From Schmidtea polychroa (Eukaryota), in assembly GCA_044892525.1 (NCBI GenBank), contig CM097885.1, positions 214,148,001-214,212,000 on the forward strand: a stretch of DNA of 64,000 nt. The letters are read 5' to 3'. Position numbers and translations under genes: made by a program. This document shows positions 55,290 to 64,000 of the stretch, in pieces. The notes below the pieces were generated by a model that saw only the letters and a program-made list of their open reading frames with translations, did not search any database and was not told where the DNA came from. Every line of letters begins with the position of its first letter. Positions within the stretch are counted from its first letter, which is position 1.

Positions 55290-55770
55290 TCTAGATAGTG
55301 TCATTTTGATTCAAAAGAATTGTCAACATCAATTATTTTCAATGACATGTTCCAGGTTACAGCTCTCTGGAACCTGCTTCTCCATAGAATTCCATTTGCT
55401 GGACTCACACTGTGTCAGAAACATACAGGAATGAAAAGATTTCATCTACAGTAATGATATTTCTGAAGAATTGATTACCATGTTATTCATAAATGAGAAA
55501 GTTTAACTGACAGCATTCCATCCAATTTTCATACATCTCAGAAGAAAAAAAGGTCGGGTGAAAATGGATGCCAATTTTTTACGCTAAATTCCTTCAAGAT
55601 AGTATACACTTTGGTACCTTTGGTACTCACATTCAACTGCGGCGAGATATCCTTGATAGTGATTCGGTGTACTTCCTTCACAACATTTTTCTCTTTTGTG
55701 ATCAGAAATTTCACAAAGATGACAAATTTTCTCGTCAAGCACTGACATAAATTTTAGTATATATATTGCA
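55290..55770 (-). mobile_element. Degenerate mariner transposase fragment
   Basis: HRITIKDISPQLNVS (HTH), KNWHPFS (WVPHEL-like), FFRNIITVDE (first catalytic D). Confidence 0.6.
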
Positions 55771-55776
55771 AATTGC

Positions 55777-55779
<3 letters not shown>

Positions 55780-55813
<34 letters not shown>
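55780..55813. repeat. (TA)n microsatellite
   Basis: Perfect TA run. Confidence 0.95.
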
Positions 55814-55814
<1 letters not shown>

Positions 55815-56009
55815 CTGATTCCATTATTGCAAGCTGTTATCAACACGCGTAACAAAGAATTTAATCACACTTGCATACTCGACAGGATGTAACAAGATTT
55901 GACAACTAAATTGAAATATGTTCTCCAACTCCGATATTCAGGTGAATATTAAAATAAACTGTTGGGCTGAAGAGAAACGCCATTTTGGGGGGAAACCCGA
56001 ACAAAAATT

Positions 56010-56213
56010 NNNNNNNNNNNNNNNNNNNNNNNNNNNNNNNNNNNNNNNNNNNNNNNNNNNNNNNNNNNNNNNNNNNNNNNNNNNNNNNNNNNNNNNNNNN
56101 NNNNNNNNNNNNNNNNNNNNNNNNNNNNNNNNNNNNNNNNNNNNNNNNNNNNNNNNNNNNNNNNNNNNNNNNNNNNNNNNNNNNNNNNNNNNNNNNNNNN
56201 NNNNNNNNNNNNN
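56010..56213. other. Assembly gap (N run)
   Basis: Run of N. Confidence 1.
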
Positions 56214-58822
56214 GTCGATACGAGGCTAAACAGTATAAAATCGCATTTAGTTATTTAAAACTATTAAAAATATCAAGTAAAACAAAATTAAGTATAAATA
56301 TAACTAAAAAAAGTATAATTAAATAAAAAAAACAAAAATAATAAATTAATACGCGCAGGCAGTTGCATAAGGAACACATTCAAATGCCGAAAAAACACAA
56401 AAATATTGCCGAAAAGACACAAAATAGCAAAAAATATAAGCTTACCAAAGGGGTAAACCAATAAGAAATACAATTACTCAACCAATCAGAAAAACAAAAA
56501 AATAATAAAATAAAAGTTCAAACATAGATTGTCAAATTCACTTGAAAAAAGCAGTGCCGGAAATTCGTGAATATCAGAAACATCGATATATTTACTGATT
56601 CATAGTCAAGCTTTTAATTAAATACAATGTCAAGAAAATAAAAGTAAAAAATAAAGAATTAAAACAAAAATAAAATAAACCAATCAAATTGATTGGAATA
56701 TAAATATTAAAAATTTTAATTGATCAAAACGCGAAGGCAGGATCAACCCTGGTGGTTTGAGAAAACCGACAAAAACCTATATAAATCCGACGTCTCGGTA
56801 GATTAGACACTCAATATTTTTCTTTAAAATTTACCAACAATTATTAAATTAGAACCTTTTTTGGAACTATCATTATTCACCTAGTATTAAAACTTTAGGA
56901 TTTCTCATCAGCACAATTTAGTAAGAGTTAGTTGAGTTTTTATGCGGTTTTTTATTTTTATTTTTTTTATTTGGTTTGTAATTTTATAAATACCAAAATG
57001 TTAAAATTTTAAACTTATCATCGTTCAGTTTTACCATTTTATTTTTATTCTTATTATTTTTTTTATTTTATTATGTCATGTGTTCTTTTCTTGCCTTGAG
57101 TATAAGATTTTCATATTTTCTTAAGTGGAATGGTAACGCTGAAAAGTCAATCGGATGATGGAAAATTAAAAATAATTAATTAGACAATAGAAAATAAAAA
57201 TTAGTAATTAAATTAATAATTCAAAGGAAATAAATAGAAAATTAATAATTAATAAAAACAAGAAAAGACACAAAAAATAGAACATCCATCAAGATTAAAA
57301 TAAAAAATTTTTTAAAAAAAATAAAAGAAAATAAATAAAGCAGAAAATTATTAAAATTAGGAAAATAACAATAAAAAACTAAATAAAATAGAAAAAGAAA
57401 CAAAATACAACATCACTTAACCCTGATTGGATGAAAGCGCGACGAAAATACTATAAATATCCACATCTAAGATTGATTGTTCAATGTTATTTCAAAACCA
57501 ACAGGTAGATTTCATTTTTGTAAACTATTTTTTTTAAATGTTATTTCAAAACCAACAGGATCGCCAAGATAGCTTAACCATTTGTATCGCGGAACTTCAG
57601 TAATTAAAAACTCCATCTTCAACTAGACAATTTTTCTGACAACTGAAAATCAACCATTTGGAAAATAATGTAAATTTTATATTTTTTAATGTTTATTATA
57701 CTCATGTAACTTAATAGTAGCTCGTTGTATTTATGACAATAATTAAATTTTAATAACGAATATGGTTTTTCTCTTCCTCTTATTTAAAATTATTTGACAA
57801 TAATTTAATAACCAATAACAATAAACATTTATTTAATCATGAACAATATATTTTCATTTATTTTGCACGACGATGCTCTCCAGCTTTGGATACGTATGTG
57901 AACTATTGGCCGAAGAGACTGATAGCCAGCAGACGGTTGACCAGTTCGGAACATCAATTTATGGATTTTATGCTGATAATTACGAAAAGAATATTGATGA
58001 TAGGAATCAGATCATAGTCAGTAGTAAAATGTCGTTATCTGTTTGTTTCATAGAAGAATAGAAGGAGGAGTCTTCCACAGTGATTGAGATCGCCCAACGA
58101 ATGACCAGAGGCACAATGTGACGTATAACGGAATGATGAATCGATGGCCATGTAAAAAATTAGTTGATGAGTGTTTGAAAAGCCAAATGACTAGGACGAT
58201 AATCACGAATTCCCATAAGTGCCAATAGCACGAACTTGAAAAATTGTATTCTATATATATCAGATTTCTCCACATCACCACGTAATGGTTTTTCTTAAGA
58301 CGTAACGCCCGACGAACAAATAGGTCACCAGTGTTCAGCGAATAAATATTCGGCGTACAAGCCTTCATCGATTATCCAGAAATAAGCCCCGCATAGATCA
58401 AATGGTAGATTTCGTAATACGACAACACATACGCTTAGCTATATTCTTCACTTGTGGATCGTCGAACGAAGTGTTTAGTATGAATTCACCATACTGCCGA
58501 ACTGAGATGCGTGATCGGATGATCGTTGACCAGCGGCAAAAATACCACTAAAAATAACACTAATGGGAATAACAGCAATAACTTCTATGATACGGTAGCA
58601 AGCACAATAATGAGGGCGACAATAATTAGAATCACAATAACAACAACAACAATAATAACGATAATAATCATAACCTATGCCGTACCAAGCCGATATATAT
58701 ATATCGGTCAAAATGACCGGCTTGGTATGCGACGTCCTAAAATGGCTTGGTAAATGGCGGGTTAAGCGGGGAAATGATAATAATCTCAATAACAACCATA
58801 GACATAACAATCATGCGGAACA

Positions 58823-58903
58823 TGACGACAATGACGGTAACAACAATAATCATTATACCAATGTTGAGGTCTCGATATTCGGGAACACTCAACTTATCTG
58901 GTT

Positions 58904-58967
<64 letters not shown>

Positions 58968-59046
58968 CCAGATAAGTTGAGTGTTCCCGAATATCGAGAC
59001 CTCAACATTGGTATAATGTTTATTGTTGTTACCGTCATTGTCGTCA
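58823..59046. repeat. 224-bp near-perfect palindrome: 83-bp arms (1 mismatch) around (TA)29
   Basis: 58823..58905 is the reverse complement of 58964..59046. Confidence 0.95.
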
Positions 59047-60380
59047 AAATAAGTCTATAGATAAATATTTATTAAAAACAAAATTTACCAAATAACAGAT
59101 GAATTTAAATTTCTAAATCGATCTACATAATTTATCCAAATACTTCTTTTATTCTATTATATTTTCTAAAAATGCTTGTGAAATATTGTATTTTTGTTAT
59201 TACGTTGTGTCGTGCGTGTATATGTATAATTACTGTAAATAAAAATTTGTGGAACGTTCTGTGCTGTTCCGGGCTTTGTTTTATTCGTAGGATTAACCTT
59301 TGAATATTATTACAAACACTGAATTTTTTGGGTGACTAAGACTAATTTTTTGTCGCTATTTATACAAATTTTTAGGGCAGCTGTTATTGTAAAAAATAAT
59401 TTAATATTTTATTTCCACATGTTAAGAAATATTTTATTTTTCTTTAAGAGTACTTATAACTCTAAGGAAATATTTTGTTTTTAAAAAAAATGTTCTAATT
59501 GTTTGTATTAAATTAATATTCTCTTAATTAATAAACGTTAATAATTAAAATTTTATTAATCCCATCCCCTGATTATTTGATTAAAGTTTTATGTGAAAAA
59601 AACACGAAAAACAAATAATAAATAGATTAAAAACAAATAAAAAGCCAATTATTTACAACACATAGATAAAATAGGCTTTTAGATATATACACCCGATACC
59701 ATGAAAAATAATCAAAATAAAATACACATCAATGATAATAAAATACACATACACAAATTGTCAATTATTTCACAGATAGTCAATTTTCAGATTGTTTTGA
59801 AAGATTGTTTTGGATTGTTTTTAGATTGAATTGGGTTGCATGGAATTGGGTTGTTGATTGTTGGGAAATTAGATTGTTTATTTATCTACGCTCTTAGGCG
59901 TATACATTGACTCTGTATTTCTAAGGCCCTGTCCTATAATACCTGTTGAGGTTAAATGTGGTGATGTGCCTACCTTCATCATCCAACACCAACAATAAAA
60001 ATCGTGATACTGCTACCCCTTACGATAATAGTAGTGGCAATGATAGCAATAGTCATAACACCCAGGATAAATATAATAATTATGAAAGTCCTAATAAAAT
60101 GGAAATAATAACGATAATTTTAATCATAGCGATAAGAATAATCGATTATGACGATTTATGATAGTAAGTATTGTAGTAAAAATCAGAGTCGAAATGAACA
60201 GAAGGAGTACCTTTCATCGTCATCCCTCAGTCGGGTCTATCACCGCCATTTACCCGCCCTAAAGTGAATGTTTGAATGAATGCATGGGGTGTGATGATGA
60301 TGGATTTTAAGCTGACCAATTTTTTTTGACAATTGTTTTCGTAAGGTTACTCTTAGTTAAAAACCATTTCATTCTGGAAA

Positions 60381-61143
60381 ATGTCTGAACCAAGCCTGCA
60401 AAAAATAGAGCCTAAGACTGTGCTTGTCATGCGCGGACAAGAATGTCACCATCAAATAGGAACAGGCAAAAATAGGGTCCCTAAAGAAGCGGATAGATTT
60501 TCTGGAGGGTACTTGGTTCACTCCAGCTCAAATGAATGAGGCCAACAGAAAATTGCTGAGACTTGAACACTGCAGAGATAGTATCCTTGAGGAGAATAGG
60601 AATCTGCGCCTCACTATTAAGCCGCAATGAGAAGCACTCCATATACACGGAGTCCGAACTCAAAAAACGGATTTCCGAATGTCCTGTCTCCGATAAGAAT
60701 AATATTTTCCCCGCGCACCGCCTGCATGACGATTTTCTGTTTACTTCTAAACCTTCAAGCACGAGCCACGGGATGGAATCTCCGCATCCCTCACCTGACA
60801 CCCTATACATCGGCACCAGCGTGCTCCCACTAAGTCGCTACCTCCGCCCATCGTTTCTCGAGCTACAAATGATCCACCCGTCACGATCAATGCTAACTCT
60901 CGTCCGAAGAGGAAACGTCTGACTCGGGCAGAAAAATCCAAACGCAAGCGAGACGAGAGAACCGCTGTGGAAGCAGTCTTATTCTCAGTTCCTCCGGTAA
61001 TGCTGCCGATGATGCCAGTTCCAGTTCCCTCTCAACCGACGTCGTTCCGAATGGTACCAGCAACGGCCACTCCCTGGGACTATGATGCGCAGTTAGAAGC
61101 GGACATTGAACTCTTCCTGCAAGAAATGAGTGACGACGTCTAG
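60381..61143 (+). pseudogene. Disrupted homolog of the LTR-encoded 254-aa protein
   Basis: CLSCADKN, LKKRIDFLEGTWFTPAQM, LRLEHCRDS, RKRLTRAEK; contains frameshifts and stops. Confidence 0.85.
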
Positions 61144-63080
61144 GCCCCTGATGACGCCTTGCCAGGAACATCCTAGCCTTGAGATGACGCTTTCTAATGC
61201 GATTTTCGGGTATAATTGAATGTAGATTAATGACCTTGCCGATGTGCCAGTGAAATACAGAACTCACAAATATGTCGCGTGTGGTGATTGATAAATGATA
61301 ATAAATGTATTAGTGTTCTGAATAGTCATCTATAATTTTTGTTGCTTGTTATTTGATTTGAACAGTGGTAAATGACATTAACCCTTGGACCAGGGTTTTT
61401 CAAACAATTCTTCAGTCAATTTTGTCTTAGTACACAAGGATGTAAGCCCTTCTATCGGCATTCCAGGACCCGTAATTGAGGAAGCTATGAGGAGTAGTTT
61501 TAACATAAAAACTCACCTGTTCATAGATCCTTAGCTACTATGTGCAGTACTAACATGGTCGTCGCCATTGGCACATGAGTAGTTAAAACAACAATCACCT
61601 TGGCGTCTAGGAAGGAGTCGGGTTGAATCAACCACAGTTACACCCTACTACCATTTTGAGCATGACACACCCTTAGGCGCCAACAATAACAACTTTTAGT
61701 TAACCACGATTCTGTTCACAATTCCTAATCTAATTTCGCTCTGGAAAGTCTCGACCTTGTGCGATTTAAAAATAAGTTTCACTTTTTTATTTGATATTCC
61801 GCTTTCTGATTCGATCTCCTTTAATACTCCTTTTTCTAACTCTTCAGTTCCTCTTATAATTCCATTTTCAGTTCTTGACTTTGTTCCTCAAACTCATATT
61901 ATGAGTTTCTTCTTCTCTACCTAAGAATACTGTCGATTAACTGAATTTGGAGTTTCCTTATATACTTATATAATCGTTGTAATTGCTCCGTTTTTGACCT
62001 AATTGGTTTTGATTTCCTTAGTCATCATTCTCTAACTAGTTATTTCTGTTGACCCTTTTAGAAATTCCCCTTGTTTTGTTTACCCTAGTTTATCCGACTG
62101 TTTAGATAAGTTTGTTTATTCACTCTAATTGCCGCGTTCAGGTTTTCTTCATCGCTCGGGTTCTCCATTGCCTTGGATTTTCCATTAGCCAATTAATTAT
62201 TATAATTAGTATGCATTAATTAATTTTGCACTTTTATTGATTTTACCATAACTTTTTATGCCTTCCTTTTATATATAAACTTTTTGGTTTTTGTTAACTT
62301 TTAGGCTTGGTTAAGTAGAGTAATCGGGTTAAGCCAGCTTACATTAACTACGACACCACTGTATACAGTACCACAATGGCTTATTTCCATGGGTAAACAA
62401 GGGGTTGATTTCCAAAGATCATGTTGCCGTCTGTCAACGGATCACCACGTATTTTCCCCCTAGAACGTCTCAACATATGGTACTGACAGAAATATTTGAA
62501 AACGCCAACTTACACTATATATTTCGACAGTTTCAATGACATCATCTGGTTGAAACGAAAAAACTAGAACCCCAAGTGACTTTGTGGTTTATATTGAAAA
62601 TATAAGATAAATTGTAAATTTGAATTAACCCACTGACACGAACACGTAGTCGCTGCGTCAAAATGACGGTCTTATCACGCCGAGATGTAATCACCATTTT
62701 TTAAAAGATTACTCATAAATTACATTTAAAACTGACAATACTAAAATAGCAATATTATACAATTAATTATTAAACTTATTTACATAACTGCCATGTTTTG
62801 TTATTATTTATTTACATAGACAAATTAAATGACCTAGTTTCTAGTAATTTTATATTTCCGTAAAATCAATTTAAAAGATAATAAAGAATTTTTAAATAAC
62901 ATAATATCAACAAAAATTAAACAATTAATAAAACTATTTCAATTTTTACCTTCTATGTTTGATATTGAATAATGAATCTATATAGATTCTATATTATACT
63001 TTAAATTAAGTAAGTCGGAATAAAATTAATTTACTTTTATATGTTATAAATTGAATTTATTGTTAATACTATCTATTGCT

Positions 63081-63373
63081 ATGTCGGTTCCATCAAATAA
63101 TCCAACATTAGCATGGTCCATTTTGAAACCATACCAACACAAGCTTAAGATAAAATTACCTAAACCTAGTGTGAAATTTTCAGACAATGTTATTAGATTC
63201 GTTGCAATATCTGATACACACGATAGGCATTTAAAGTAAGCTAAATTTAGATTTAAACTTTTCATATTTTATCAGGATGAATATCCCCGGTGGAGATGTT
63301 TTGTTACACTGTGGAGATTTCACTTTCTTCGGTGATCAGCGGAAACATTTGGTATCTGTTGATAAGTTTTTAG
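63081..63373 (+). CDS. MPPED1/2-like metallophosphoesterase, first two exons join(63081..63235,63276..63373); gene continues beyond
   Basis: SNNPTLAW, RFVAISDTH, GDVLLHCGDFT; 40-nt GT-AG intron keeps the frame; next donor at 63374. Confidence 0.88.
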
Positions 63374-64000
63374 GTAAATAAATTATTATTATTCAAAAAA
63401 AATGTACTACTATTGAAACGTGCGATTATCAGAGATATTGGCATAGTGAGCAATATAGATAATTCTTAAATGATTGATGGAAAACAAGGGAAAACAAATA
63501 ATGATAGAAAACTTATTTTAACCAATTTATCAAATCAAGAAATGGTTCAGTTTCTCACTTTAATGTAGTGGGTTAACTGGGTCATTTGTGGGCCCAGATT
63601 ACTTCTTAATTGTGTTTTTAGGATAATCCATTAATGAATTTTTAACCCTGAAAAATTCCCAAAAAGGTAAATTTAACACGGGCCTTACAAATTGGCTACT
63701 TAATATAATAAATTAATTATATCGATTTTAAAATTTGGCATTGTTTTAATTTCAGCTTTTTAACATTGTTATTCTACTACTTTTACTGATAAACTAAATA
63801 TTTCCCTCCCAACTAAGCAGATCAACTGATTATCAAATTACACATATCTGTAGGGTTATTGTCGTCCTAGTAACTACCATACATTTATGTCAGAGTCGTT
63901 GACATGGCTTGACTGGCGTCAGTCATAACTTTAAGCTAAATCATATTCGTCACGAGTGAAGTTGGTACTGTATAACCAAAGTTGAGTATATCTTAGGTTC

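Larger units (their letters stand above)
55960..61685 (+). mobile_element. Decayed, probably solo LTR of a related giant-LTR family (opposite orientation)
   Basis: Begins TGTTGGGCT, ends GCGCCAACA; shares promoter blocks, the LTR ORF and U5-side motifs (CCCTTGGACCAGGGT, AGGAGTAGT, CTCACCTG). No PBS after it; TSD imperfect (ATAAAC / ATAAC). Confidence 0.75.

Noticed and set aside
58475-60161. Asn/Thr/Ile-rich and (IY)n ORFs
   Set aside because: Translations of decayed trinucleotide and TA microsatellites
55960-61685. Third LTR of the intact element or start of a tandem copy
   Set aside because: Opposite orientation, highly diverged, no PBS or internal ORFs adjacent

Overview
AT-rich eukaryotic DNA with very short introns (40-50 nt), (AAT)n and (TA)n microsatellites and two N gaps. 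It is probably a triclad flatworm (inference). The window is dominated by one apparently intact, very young 30,746-bp Ty3/gypsy LTR element on the minus strand (14593-45338). It has 4,184-bp TGTTGG...CCAACA LTRs, a 4-bp TTGG target-site duplication and a tRNA-Pro primer-binding site. Its size and LTRs resemble the giant Burro elements I recall from the Schmidtea mediterranea genome, so the element class itself may be known. It encodes one uninterrupted ~4,800-aa polyprotein in the order Gag(3xCCHC), three ubiquitin-like domains, Bcl-2-like domain, internal signal peptide, chuvirus-G/gB-type (class III) Env ectodomain, TM, protease, RT, RNase H, integrase, ankyrin repeats, second signal peptide, small ectodomain, TM. 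Env therefore lies between Gag and Pol. A recurring [IMV]-[NCHRA]-[MVAL]-[MILV] motif marks the domain junctions and is a likely protease cleavage map. The element also carries an IAP-type RING ORF, a full TRAF, three coiled-coil ORFs, a small type I membrane ORF and an LTR-encoded 254-aa protein. That protein is conserved in a second, decayed LTR family at 55960-61685. Nearly every accessory ATG is directly preceded by a splice-acceptor-like TAG, and the spacers share TGTA(A/T)ATA motifs, suggesting operon-like processing. Host genes are a complete 4-exon gcm and the first two exons of an MPPED-type metallophosphoesterase. A stand-alone mini Bcl-2-like ORF, several hAT MITEs, and mariner and gypsy relics fill the flanks. 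All domain calls are by-eye motif recognition, not database searches.
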